Below are positions 9,043-18,928 of a stretch of DNA of 56,283 nucleotides, piece by piece (the stretch's first letter is position 1; every line of letters starts with the position of its first letter). A model generated the notes under the pieces. It made no database searches and was not told where the DNA came from. It saw only the letters and a program-made list of their open reading frames with translations. The translations under genes were made by a program, and so were the position numbers. Location: sequence record SRR22947725_5541; one strand, given 5' to 3'.

Positions 9043-10395
9043 TTATGTCGTTGTGACGTTTTGAAAGTGAGCGAATTTTTCCAGGCGGTTCCAAACCATC
9101 TCATCCAGTTCTTCTCGAATAACGTTGTGATGGATCCGATCGATTATTTCACCCGCAAAAGCATGAACAAGCATTCGTTGAGCTACCGCCTTGGTTACTC
9201 CTCTTGTCCTCAGATAATAAATGGCTTCGTCATCGAGTTGCCCAATGGTTGCGCCATGGGTACATTTGACATCGTCCGCATAAATTTCAAGTTGAGGTTT
9301 GGTGTCGGCAGTCGCGTCATCGGAGAGTAACAGGTTTTTGTTCGTCTGTTTAGCATCTGTCTTCTGAGCGATTTGTTGCACGAGGATACGTCCATGGAAA
9401 ACACCGCGCGCTTTATCGTCCAGAATGCCGTTGAAATATTCGTGACTATCACAATGAGGCTTGGAATGGTCCACGATCATGTGATTGTCTGACAACTGAT
9501 CACCATCAGCAAGGTATAGTCCGTTCAGCACGCACTCAAGACCCTCTCCATTCAGTTTGGTGCGGATATTGTTTCGGCTGATACGGCCTCCCATATCCAG
9601 GTAATGAGAACGGAACTGAGCAGCCCTTCCAACCTGAGCGTAAACACTGGCAATATGAAATGCCTGCTTGGATTCATCCTGGATTTTGATGTGTTCAATA
9701 TTCGCTTCATTCTCCACAACAAATTCAGTAGTGGGAGCGTTCAGGTAAATCCCCTCACTGAGCGCATGGTGGGATTCAAGAATGGTACATTTTGAAAATT
9801 CCCCGGCGCGAATAAAGAATCTGGCAAAGGATGCTTGAGCATCGTTGCCACTCGAAAGATGGATGATATGCAACGGTGTTTCTATCTGCAGGTTTTTTGG
9901 TATGTTCAGATAAAAGCCGTCCTGAAAGAAGGCCGCATTCAGCGCTGCAAATGGGTTGTCATGGTGATAGGTATATTGTCCCAGGTGCTGATCCAATCTC
10001 AAGTCCTCCCTGGCCACTGCGTCTCTCATGGAGATAGATGTGACGTTTTGGGGAAGTTTGCTCATATCAGATAAGTCCTTCTGAAAATGGCCGTCGAGGA
10101 ATACAAGTCTTGCAGCATTCCCAGTTTTGAAAGGGTAGGGAATGCCATCAAGCACGGCTGCTTCCAAGATGGCTGGAGCGAACGTGGGCCTGAAGGCTGT
10201 CTTGCGAATTGGATCGATATTCGTAAATCTCCAATCCTCATCACGCAGAGTGGGCAATCCGGTCTTGGCGTATTGCGCCAGTCCGGCCTTCCTGAAAGGG
10301 ATCAGCCAGGTTGGAGAATCCTTCTCGGCATGCTCCAGAGCTTCGAAAGCTTCCAGCCATGAATCACTCTCCTCTATTTGAACAGTTTCGGTCAT
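9043..10395 (-). CDS. sufD: Fe-S assembly protein SufD
   Basis: EDWRFT, NKNLLLS, KPQLEIYADDVKCTHGATIG and YYLRTRG. Confidence 0.95.
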   Translation of the reverse strand: MTETVQIEESDSWLEAFEALEHAEKDSPTWLIPFRKAGLAQYAKTGLPTLRDEDWRFTNIDPIRKTAFRPTFAPAILEAAVLDGIPYPFKTGNAARLVFLDGHFQKDLSDMSKLPQNVTSISMRDAVAREDLRLDQHLGQYTYHHDNPFAALNAAFFQDGFYLNIPKNLQIETPLHIIHLSSGNDAQASFARFFIRAGEFSKCTILESHHALSEGIYLNAPTTEFVVENEANIEHIKIQDESKQAFHIASVYAQVGRAAQFRSHYLDMGGRISRNNIRTKLNGEGLECVLNGLYLADGDQLSDNHMIVDHSKPHCDSHEYFNGILDDKARGVFHGRILVQQIAQKTDAKQTNKNLLLSDDATADTKPQLEIYADDVKCTHGATIGQLDDEAIYYLRTRGVTKAVAQRMLVHAFAGEIIDRIHHNVIREELDEMVWNRLEKFAHFQNVTTT

Positions 10396-10422
10396 GATAG
10401 TGTTGAAAGGATGATGAAATGA

Positions 10423-11196
10423 TTACGCTGGTTGCTCAGCTTCTTTGATGACCCAATCGTAGCCCTTGTCCTCCAGTTCATGAGCTAGTTCCTTGGGACC
10501 CGTTTTGATAATGCGTCCGTCATGCAGAACATGCACCACATCCGGCACAATATAATCCAGCAGACGTTGATAATGTGTGATGACCAGCTGCGCAGATTCA
10601 GGACCGCGTAATTGGTTTACTCCGTTGGCGACCACTTTGAGCGCGTCGATGTCCAGACCCGAATCGGTTTCGTCCAACACGGCCATGACAGGTTCAAGGG
10701 CGGCCATCTGGAAAATTTCATTGCGTTTCTTTTCGCCTCCTGAAAACCCTACGTTCAATGACCGTTTCAAGAAATCTTCAGGTAGATCCAGCAGCTTTGC
10801 CTTGGATTTTATGAATTTGAGGAACTCAACTGCATCCAGCTCCTTTTCACCCCTGGCCTTGCGCGTTTCGTTGATCGCTGACTTCAGGAAGTAGGTAGTG
10901 TTTACTCCAGGAATTTCCACAGGATACTGAAAAGCGAGGAAGAGACCCAGGTGAGCGCGCTCGTCTGCTTCCATATCCATGAGATCTTCGCCCCTGAACT
11001 CAATTTCGCCACCCAGGATTTCGTATCCTTCACGCCCGGCAATCACTGATGCCAAGGTGCTTTTTCCGCTGCCGTTAGGGCCCATGATGGCATGGACCTC
11101 TCCGGCATTGATTTCGAGGTTGATTCCTTTGAGAATAGCGCGCCCCTCCACGCCAGCCTGCAGATTGTTGATTCGTAACAGTGATTTATTCGACAT
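10423..11196 (-). CDS. sufC: Fe-S assembly ATPase SufC
   Basis: GPNGSGKST, AFQYPVEIPGV, GFSGGEKKRNE, LDETDSGLDID and THYQRLL. Confidence 0.97.
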   Translation of the reverse strand: MSNKSLLRINNLQAGVEGRAILKGINLEINAGEVHAIMGPNGSGKSTLASVIAGREGYEILGGEIEFRGEDLMDMEADERAHLGLFLAFQYPVEIPGVNTTYFLKSAINETRKARGEKELDAVEFLKFIKSKAKLLDLPEDFLKRSLNVGFSGGEKKRNEIFQMAALEPVMAVLDETDSGLDIDALKVVANGVNQLRGPESAQLVITHYQRLLDYIVPDVVHVLHDGRIIKTGPKELAHELEDKGYDWVIKEAEQPA

Positions 11197-11241
11197 AAAA
11201 ATGAAATTATACTTAAAAATTATTCAATGATTGGAGGAGGT

Positions 11242-12690
11242 TTAACCGACGCTACCTTCAAGGCTGACGCCGAGTAGTTTTTGAGCTTCGACCGCGAACT
11301 CCATTGGGAGCTCGCGGAAGACCTCTTTGCAAAAACCGTTGACGATCATGTTGACGGCATCCTGTGTGGATATGCCGCGCTGGTTACAATAGAAGATCTG
11401 ATCCTCCCCGATCTTGCTGGTGGTTGCCTCATGTTCCACGCTTGCAGTCGTGTTTTTAACTTCAATATAAGGAAACGTGTGGGCGCCACATTGATCACCA
11501 ATCAGTAGGGAGTCGCACTGTGAAAAGTTCCTTGCTTGCTCGGCTGACTTACGTGCTTGCACAAGGCCTCGGTAACTATTCTGCCCTTTGCCTGCAGAAA
11601 TTCCTTTGGAGATGATGGTACTGCGTGTGTTTTTACCGATATGCACCATCTTGGTACCTGTGTCAGCCTGCTGACGGTTGTTCGTCAGCGCGACAGAGTA
11701 GAATTCACCCACGCTGTTTTCTCCCAGAAGTACGCAACTGGGATATTTCCATGTGATGGCGGATCCGGTTTCAACCTGAGTCCAGGAAATCTTTGAGTTG
11801 CGCCCCTTGCAAAGTCCCCTCTTCGTCACGAAATTGTAAATGCCACCCTTGCCGTTTTCATCACCAGGATACCAGTTCTGGACTGTGGAGTATTTGATTT
11901 CAGCGTCATCAAGAACGACCAATTCGACCACCGCCGCATGCAATTGATTTTCATCACGCATAGGTGCGGTGCATCCTTCTAGATAACTCACGTAGCTACT
12001 TTCCTCAGCTACAATCAGTGTTCGTTCGAATTGTCCCGATTTTGCAGCATTAATGCGGAAATAGGTGGATAAATCCATCGGGCATCGCACCCCTTTGGGT
12101 ATGTATACGAATGAACCATCACTGAAGACAGCGGAGTTCAATGCTGCGTAAAAGTTGTCAGTGTAGGGAACCACACTGCCTAAATATTTTTCTATAAGCT
12201 CCGGGTGCTTCTGGACGGCTTCCGACATCGGACAGAAGATAATGCCTTTTTCAGCCAGAGCTTCCTGATAGGTGGTCCCCACGGAGACACTGTCAAACAC
12301 CGCATCCACTGCAACGCCGGCCAGGCGGGCTCGCTCATGCAAAGGAATGCCCAGCTTTTCGTATGTTTCCAGAAGTTTTGGGTCGACTTCATCCAGACTT
12401 TTTGGGCCATCAGTGTTTTTTTTGGGAGCGGAATAATAAATAATATCCTGAAAATCAATCGGTGGATAATCCGCTTTGGGCCAAGTCGGATTGGACATTT
12501 TCAACCAATGCCGGTAAGCCTTCAACCGCCACTCCAGCATGAACTCGGGCTCGTTTTTCTTGGCCGAAATGAATCGGACAATTTCTTCACTCAGTCCGGG
12601 AGGAGCTGATTCGGCTTCAATATCAGTGATGAATCCATATTTGTATTCACTCTTTACAAATCCTTCAATGGTCTCTGTTGCGCTACTCAT
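11242..12690 (-). CDS. sufB: Fe-S assembly protein SufB
   Basis: [36 protein letters not shown] and VEHEAT. Confidence 0.97.
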   Translation of the reverse strand: MSSATETIEGFVKSEYKYGFITDIEAESAPPGLSEEIVRFISAKKNEPEFMLEWRLKAYRHWLKMSNPTWPKADYPPIDFQDIIYYSAPKKNTDGPKSLDEVDPKLLETYEKLGIPLHERARLAGVAVDAVFDSVSVGTTYQEALAEKGIIFCPMSEAVQKHPELIEKYLGSVVPYTDNFYAALNSAVFSDGSFVYIPKGVRCPMDLSTYFRINAAKSGQFERTLIVAEESSYVSYLEGCTAPMRDENQLHAAVVELVVLDDAEIKYSTVQNWYPGDENGKGGIYNFVTKRGLCKGRNSKISWTQVETGSAITWKYPSCVLLGENSVGEFYSVALTNNRQQADTGTKMVHIGKNTRSTIISKGISAGKGQNSYRGLVQARKSAEQARNFSQCDSLLIGDQCGAHTFPYIEVKNTTASVEHEATTSKIGEDQIFYCNQRGISTQDAVNMIVNGFCKEVFRELPMEFAVEAQKLLGVSLEGSVG

Positions 12691-12780
12691 GGTAAAAAAG
12701 TTTGTTTGGTTGAAAATGCTGCGAAAGACCTTAAAACTCGATCTTTCAATTCGTTAAGTTATTGATGATCCAGCAATCGC

Positions 12781-13230
12781 TCAGTTTTCAGCGCGATTGG
12801 GACAGTTGACTGGGTTGCTGCAATGCCCGCGTATCGAAATATCTACTTGAGTTGGGATCAGATGTTTGGGGATTCTTAAAGGAAGCGCCCCCTTGTCTTT
12901 CTTGAAATTCACGTCATGAATATTGCCGCATTCTTCACAGAAAAAATGGCAATGCTCCTTGAGATTCGAGCAATAACGCGTCGCTGATCGCTCAACATTG
13001 ACTTGTTTGATGAGTCCGCACTTCACGAGAGCATCCAGCGTATTGTAAACGGTGGCCATGGATATTTCAGGCATGTCGGCCTTGGCGCGAAGATATACGT
13101 CATCTGCTGATGGGTGGTCTGTCTGCTCAAGTAACGTATTGTACACATGCTCTCTTTGTGTAGTCATACGCAGACCGCTGTCTGCCAGCTTGCGGGCCAG
13201 GCCCTTGTTTTCTGATGTTGCCGTTTTCAT
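12781..13230 (-). CDS. Fur/PerR-family transcriptional regulator, first gene of the suf operon
   Basis: GLRMTTQR, HPSADDVY, SMATVYNTL, HCHFFCEECG and a C-terminal GHC. Confidence 0.9.
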   Translation of the reverse strand: MKTATSENKGLARKLADSGLRMTTQREHVYNTLLEQTDHPSADDVYLRAKADMPEISMATVYNTLDALVKCGLIKQVNVERSATRYCSNLKEHCHFFCEECGNIHDVNFKKDKGALPLRIPKHLIPTQVDISIRGHCSNPVNCPNRAEN

Positions 13231-13243
13231 TTTCGTCTACTCA

Positions 13244-13271
13244 AAAATAACTCGGCTATTAATTGTGTCAA
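13244..13271 (-). promoter_or_regulatory. Putative sigma70 promoter of the fur-suf operon
   Basis: Minus strand TTGACA (13271-13266), 16 nt spacer, TATTTT (13249-13244), 13 nt before the ATG. Confidence 0.55.
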
Positions 13272-13274
13272 TAC

Positions 13275-13289
13275 TTAGAATGATTCTAA
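13275..13289. promoter_or_regulatory. 7-1-7 palindromic operator TTAGAAT-G-ATTCTAA (Fur-family PerR/Irr-type box)
   Basis: Perfect inverted repeat 3 nt from the -35 element. It resembles the Per box TTATAATnATTATAA and the Irr ICE motif TTTAGAA-N3-TTCTAAA. Confidence 0.75.
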
Positions 13290-13430
13290 ATAAAGAAAAT
13301 GGGTTTCCTGCTTGAAATACTCCTGCTCTGAGGTGTCCAGAAAAGTTATTTTCACTTTTGAGTGGCCTGTTAAAGGCCAGTTGGACACTGGATTTTCATG
13401 AAGAGGGCCCACGAAGCGGTTTAATAATTG

Positions 13431-16400
13431 TCACTGATCACGCAAGGAATCCAAAAATTGTCCCTTCAATGCGGATTGGGTGGCAAAAAGTATCCAGATG
13501 AAGCCCGTGCCGAAAATGGTAAAGAGCGTCAAGGCCAGGGAGGCGTAAGGAATGTCGGCACCGGGTGATTGAAGGCTTGGAAAGACAGCTATCAAGGCAC
13601 TCAAGCTTCCCGTGAACAATCCTGCACTCAGCAACCCGAAATGCTCTAGCAAGACCAGCTTCCTGATGCGATTGCGGGTGAATCCGACTGCGGCCAATAG
13701 CCCCAATTCAGTCCTGCGATCGAGAAGATTCCTCAATACGACCACTCCCAGGCCGAAGCTGCCAAGCACCATGCCAAGGCCCCCAAGTAACTGAAATGTT
13801 GACAAATAAGTGTTTTGAACAGCATTGAATGCTTGCATGCGTTCAATGGTATCTGAGAGGGAAAGGCCATCATCTTCCATGGCTCGGGTCAAAGTAATTG
13901 CAACGCTTTCCTTCTGCTCGGCAGGTGCATCGAGGAGGAATGTTTTGTAACCGGGTTCGTTGGGGTAATGTTGCAGAAATGCCGATTCAGAAATAATCAC
14001 ATTTCCCTGCAGGATAGAATTGGCCACTGCGGCAACCAGTCTTACTCTGAATGTTTCTCCTTGTGTGTTCTGGAATTCAAGAATATCGCCAACATTTTTC
14101 CCCATTGCCCACATGATTGAATTAATATCAGCGATACCAGGAACTGTTCCGTCGGGTGCATTTTTTGAAAGTAAATTCCATGCCGACGAATCCTCTGGAA
14201 TCTCTGCGCTGACTTGCGCAAATGTGAACGCATTGCGGGAAGCAAGTGCCTCAGGATCGACTCCCAGTAGCTGTGGTCGCTGTGCTCGATTTAGATTCAG
14301 GCAACTGGCTTGTTCGCCGTCACGGCGCCTGAATGGCACAAAACGGACGCCTTCGAGTTCATCCTGGAACAATCCGTATGCTTCCGCTCCTTCCGCTGTG
14401 TTCAGATTTCTGACCACAGGAGCCGTTGATTCCCCCCAGAAAGCGAATCCGCCGGTTCCAGAAGAACGTTTTTCGGCGTCACGCAAAGCGTTCAGTTTGT
14501 TGGCTCCCACGGCGATGACCAGAAAGGATCCGAAAGCCAGCATGCTGATGGTAGCCAAACTCCGCTTTCTGCGGCGCGAAGCATTTCTAATTCCCCACTG
14601 GAAAAGTGAGGGCGGTTTTGATGATCCTTGATCAGCGGCCTTGCGCAAGTAGGCGGATGCCAGGTTCAAACCTGCGATCAATAACAGGGAACCAGCTCCG
14701 AAGAAAGCGCCTGTTGCTTTGCTTGGATTACCCTCCATACCCATAGCTGCGATTCCCAGAGCTGCAAACCCGCAAACGATACCCACCACGAATCTTCGAT
14801 TGGCTCCCTTAGGCGCTTGCTCCACTGCTTGACCCTCCACCTGACTTTCGGTCAAAAGGACGTGCGCAGGTTTCTGAATCTGCTTTCGAAGCCCCCACCA
14901 AAGCGTCATTCCGGTCAACGCTATCGACCCGACTGCAGCTCCGGAAATGGTAGCAGGATTAAAGTGGAACTGAAGTGATGACGTGCCCACGGCATCACTC
15001 CAAATGGTGGATAAGCCATAGAGCATTCCCTTGGCATAAAGAATGGCAAAAACCACCCCGGCGACGTGTCCCAGCAAGCTGATGAGCATTCCTTCTCGCA
15101 GTAAAAACTGCTTCAAGCGCTTTGGAGTCATGCCTATCGCCAGTAATATGCCCGACTCCTGAGTGCGTTGCTCCACAACAAATTGAAAAAGCAGATTCAT
15201 CAAAATCAGAGCTGCGATGATAAGAAAGAAACTGAACCCAATGAACAGACCTCCGAAATCCTGGGACTGAAGCACCGAATTCCATGCCTGCATTTTCACT
15301 GGAATGCTCATGATACCGAGCGTGGATGGTTTCAGGTTTCTCAGGATCGCTGATTCGAGTGCCTCCTTTTGAGTGGAAGTTGTGATTTCTGGATATCTTA
15401 CAGCCGTCAGAGCCCCGAATCTGTTCTCCCAGATTTCTCTTCCTTTGCTGAGCGAAATAAACGCCTTGGGCGTGCCTTTGTGTGCTTCCCAGTAGGCGTT
15501 GTCCTGGTCGCGAATCAGGTCGAGATCAATTGGGAAACCGGTATCCCAATCCCGGCAATTATCCGCTTCCTTCAGCCCGGGGAAATCAGGCATCAGATCC
15601 GGGTCATCGTAAGGGGCTTGCATTGGGACAATCGCCCTCACTGTAAACGCGGTCGTGGCCTCTTTGAGATCACGACCCAGCCCGACTTCGAAATAGGTCA
15701 TTTTTACCGAGTCACCCGGCTTGGCATCCAGATCGTCAGCTAACCACTGATTGAGGATGATTTCACTCTCCTGAAGATCTTCCGGTACATACGGCGCTTC
15801 AATCGCGGTGACCATTGAGTAGGGAGTCATTCGATCGTCTTTCGTGATCGCATTGACAAAATAGGTCAAAAGCCCGGTCGATTCCTTCCCTGTTTTCCCA
15901 GCTGCTTCTGCTGAATAATGATCCATGAAGACGCGCTCGGTTCTCAACTCAAGTCCTCGGCCTTCTTTTTTACTGAGGTCAATCCATTCGAGCTGACTGT
16001 CCTCCATGGTCCAGTGTTCATTCAATATTTCCAGAGCAGTGGATCCATCCGAGGCGGGGGCTGACGTATCTGCCGCTTGAGCGCACAGCAGGAGATTGGC
16101 TTTACCTGGGATTTCCAGCTCTGATTGAAGAAACTTCAGGTCAACGAACGCATTGAGAGCAGGCAGTTGGCTGGCTTTGAGGCTGAATCTGCCCATCGAT
16201 GTATCCTCGACGATATGCGCCACTTTAAGCCTCAGGGCTGCAGAGTTATTTTCATCGGGAGCCAGCGGAGCGTCTGGTGAAATGCGTGAAGGCTTTTGGA
16301 TGCGCAGGATGATCGTGTCTCCCTCGCTAACTTGTAACTGCCTGGCAAGTGCCTGACTCAGGGTTGCCTCATCAGCTCCCGGGTGGACGTTTGGATTTAC

Positions 16401-16763
16401 TGTGAGTCCCAGATTCCAGAATTTGCTTGTCACGCCAATGATCTGAGTTTGATTGGCACGTGTCGATCCGCCGGACGCGGAGGCGACAGCGGGGAGTTGG
16501 ATGGCAGGCATTACATCATCAAAAACTTCTCCCTGCATTTCGTCGGCGAGTTTATCACGAAACAACCGATCATTACCCGTGATGACGGTATCAATGCGCC
16601 CTAGTCGGGACATGGCCAATTCAAACAGGCTGCCTTTTACTGAATCCCCAACTACAAGGGCTCCAATCAAAACCGCGGAAGCGACTGTTGCACCCAGGAA
16701 CGCACCTGCATGAGATCGTGCATAATAACGCAGGCTTTGTATGAGGAATCTCCAGGCCGTCAT
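13431..16763 (-). CDS. Large FtsX/MacB-like (type VII) ABC transporter permease with duplicated architecture
   Basis: Two repeats of a TM helix, a large periplasmic domain and three TM helices. QRTQESGILLAIG and RRTELGLLAAVGF are FtsX-type motifs. ATGA overlap with the ATPase gene. Confidence 0.85.
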   Translation of the reverse strand: MTAWRFLIQSLRYYARSHAGAFLGATVASAVLIGALVVGDSVKGSLFELAMSRLGRIDTVITGNDRLFRDKLADEMQGEVFDDVMPAIQLPAVASASGGSTRANQTQIIGVTSKFWNLGLTVNPNVHPGADEATLSQALARQLQVSEGDTIILRIQKPSRISPDAPLAPDENNSAALRLKVAHIVEDTSMGRFSLKASQLPALNAFVDLKFLQSELEIPGKANLLLCAQAADTSAPASDGSTALEILNEHWTMEDSQLEWIDLSKKEGRGLELRTERVFMDHYSAEAAGKTGKESTGLLTYFVNAITKDDRMTPYSMVTAIEAPYVPEDLQESEIILNQWLADDLDAKPGDSVKMTYFEVGLGRDLKEATTAFTVRAIVPMQAPYDDPDLMPDFPGLKEADNCRDWDTGFPIDLDLIRDQDNAYWEAHKGTPKAFISLSKGREIWENRFGALTAVRYPEITTSTQKEALESAILRNLKPSTLGIMSIPVKMQAWNSVLQSQDFGGLFIGFSFFLIIAALILMNLLFQFVVEQRTQESGILLAIGMTPKRLKQFLLREGMLISLLGHVAGVVFAILYAKGMLYGLSTIWSDAVGTSSLQFHFNPATISGAAVGSIALTGMTLWWGLRKQIQKPAHVLLTESQVEGQAVEQAPKGANRRFVVGIVCGFAALGIAAMGMEGNPSKATGAFFGAGSLLLIAGLNLASAYLRKAADQGSSKPPSLFQWGIRNASRRRKRSLATISMLAFGSFLVIAVGANKLNALRDAEKRSSGTGGFAFWGESTAPVVRNLNTAEGAEAYGLFQDELEGVRFVPFRRRDGEQASCLNLNRAQRPQLLGVDPEALASRNAFTFAQVSAEIPEDSSAWNLLSKNAPDGTVPGIADINSIMWAMGKNVGDILEFQNTQGETFRVRLVAAVANSILQGNVIISESAFLQHYPNEPGYKTFLLDAPAEQKESVAITLTRAMEDDGLSLSDTIERMQAFNAVQNTYLSTFQLLGGLGMVLGSFGLGVVVLRNLLDRRTELGLLAAVGFTRNRIRKLVLLEHFGLLSAGLFTGSLSALIAVFPSLQSPGADIPYASLALTLFTIFGTGFIWILFATQSALKGQFLDSLRDQ

Positions 16764-17467
16764 GACGCTCTGTTTGTCTGTAAATGTCCGTCTTCAAGTT
16801 CCAGGACAGTGCCTGTCAAGCGGGCCAGCTCCATTGAATGAGTTACGGTCATCAAGGTAAGGCCTTCCTCGTGATTGAGTTCCATTAACAACTGAGCAAG
16901 ATTCTCAGATGACTTGCGATCTAGTGCCCCTGTAGGTTCATCGGCGAGAAGTATGCGAGGTTTGCAGATGAGGGCGCGTACGACTGCAACGCGTTGTTTC
17001 TCTCCGCCGGAAAGTTGTCCCGGTTTGTGATCAAGGCGGTGGTCAAGTCCAACACGTTTCAGTAGCACACGCCCGCGCTCCTCAGCCTCCAACATGCCTT
17101 TGGGCTGTGGTTCTGCCAGGAGTGGAACAAGCACATTTTCCATGACAGAAAGCTGGGGTAGGAGATGATGTGCCTGAAAGATAAATCCCACCGTGCGCCG
17201 GCGGAATTCTGCTAATTCATTTTCACCTGCTTCGTTCAGATGTCTACCTGCGATGCAAACAGATCCATCGGAGGCGGTGTCCAGCGCACCCATGATGTTA
17301 AGTAGCGTGCTTTTTCCTGAGCCGGAGGGACCAATAATAGCCATGGATTCACCCTCATAGACCTCAAGATCCACCTTCGTCAGGACGTTGGTCGTACTTT
17401 TGGAATTGGATGATCCATAACGCTTGGAAACCTTCTCCAGCAGAATGATGGGTTCCTTTGCAGACAT
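16760..17467 (-). CDS. ABC transporter ATP-binding protein (LolD/MacB-like)
   Basis: GPSGSGKST, GFIFQ, LSGGEKQR, LADEPTGALD and VTH. Start moved to MSAKEP. Confidence 0.92.
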   Translation of the reverse strand: MSAKEPIILLEKVSKRYGSSNSKSTTNVLTKVDLEVYEGESMAIIGPSGSGKSTLLNIMGALDTASDGSVCIAGRHLNEAGENELAEFRRRTVGFIFQAHHLLPQLSVMENVLVPLLAEPQPKGMLEAEERGRVLLKRVGLDHRLDHKPGQLSGGEKQRVAVVRALICKPRILLADEPTGALDRKSSENLAQLLMELNHEEGLTLMTVTHSMELARLTGTVLELEDGHLQTNRAS

Positions 17468-17686
17468 GCATTCAATAAACCTCAAAACCCAAGGATTAGC
17501 AAAGGAATTTGGAACTCCAAAAAGGTTGGTACACGGCTTTGCTAATTCGCTGGGCAACACTCCACTTCTCAGAATGAGAGCTGTGGATTTGCCTTGATTG
17601 AGGCCGATAAGCCGTTGAGTGCAAGCGGCTCGAAGCGATGTTCGTTGCAAGGGCAGGCGAATTTATTATCTATGACTGCCCTGAAT

Positions 17687-18481
17687 TCAACTTGCAAATG
17701 AGTTTACAGCGAGTGTTTGCTCAGGCTTGTTGATCGACTCCAATACGCCATCCCATAACTCAAGCCTCGCAGAAATTGCCAGTTTTGCGGCGTCAATGGC
17801 CTCTCTTACCTTCGTTTCATCATGATCGCACAACCCGTTAAGCAATCTGAGTGACAAAGGCGCGTGCGAACCCTCATCGAGGTCGACATGCCTGTTGAGA
17901 TAGAAATGAAAGATGGGTGCTTGGCTATCGGAGACGCCGGTTTCGTCGAGAATCGAGCGAAACATACAGGGTATGATGTGTTCTCTACCCAAAGCAAAAG
18001 CGGCGGCCACCTTATGTGGCTTACCTTCTTTTATCAGTTGAAAAGTCGCCGATGTAAAACGAGCTGAAGGAGGGGGGACACATGGTAGTTTCAAAGCGAC
18101 CTCAACACCCTGAGTTTCCGCCTTGCTCACAAAATTAGCAATGGGATCAGTGTCAGCACCAATTTCCAACATGGATCGCTGATACAGCTCAAAATGGCTG
18201 GAGAATTCTCCCTCAACATGAGTTTGATCTGATTCCTCCTCCAGGACCAGTTCATTGATAAAACGTCTGACACTTGCATCACCCATCGGAACCCAAGGGT
18301 ATTGTGCCGGAGCAATAACGGATTGAAGATATTTGAGCAGCGACATGAAATCCCAGACCGAATAGACGTGGTGTTCCATGAAGCACCTCAAATCCCTAGA
18401 GGACTCGACAGCTTTGTAGACAGGGTGATCTTCAAGCTTCTTTCTGTATGGAAGAAGCGTATCAACAGTGATTTCTTTCAA
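17687..18481 (-). CDS. DUF3050 family, heme-oxygenase-like fold protein
   Basis: FMEHHVYSVWDFMSLLK, INELVLEEESD, SHFELY, GREHIIPCMF and YLNRHVDLDEGSH. TTG start. Confidence 0.85.
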   Translation of the reverse strand: MKEITVDTLLPYRKKLEDHPVYKAVESSRDLRCFMEHHVYSVWDFMSLLKYLQSVIAPAQYPWVPMGDASVRRFINELVLEEESDQTHVEGEFSSHFELYQRSMLEIGADTDPIANFVSKAETQGVEVALKLPCVPPPSARFTSATFQLIKEGKPHKVAAAFALGREHIIPCMFRSILDETGVSDSQAPIFHFYLNRHVDLDEGSHAPLSLRLLNGLCDHDETKVREAIDAAKLAISARLELWDGVLESINKPEQTLAVNSFAS

Positions 18482-18928
18482 GATAATATTTGCGTTTCTA
18501 TTTTTACCTTACTTCCTCGGCTGTTCGGAATAGGGGGCGGTGAGTAAGTAATTCTCGAGACACAGGGCAGATTGCGCGCATCGCACGCCCTGAATGTTGC
18601 TCGATAACCGTTTTCATTAATTCTTCGGATACACTAACAAGAGTCATGATATCGGCGCACGTCATTCCTTTTTCCTATCCATTTCTTGAGGGATTCAACT
18701 TCTCTATTCTTAATGCCTAACATGAATGTTATTAATGATTTAATAGATAAAAAGAAGTTCTATCTCAATCCCTTATTCAAAAATATTCCCTATAAAAATC
18801 AACTTGCAACGGGTTAATCCTTTTTATGCACACCTCCGGTCTATTTCAGGGAATAAGGTTTCAGGTTTTCATTGCCGGAGTGAGTCCATCGCGCGCAGTG
18901 CATTTAAAGATGGTTAAGGTTTCAAGTC

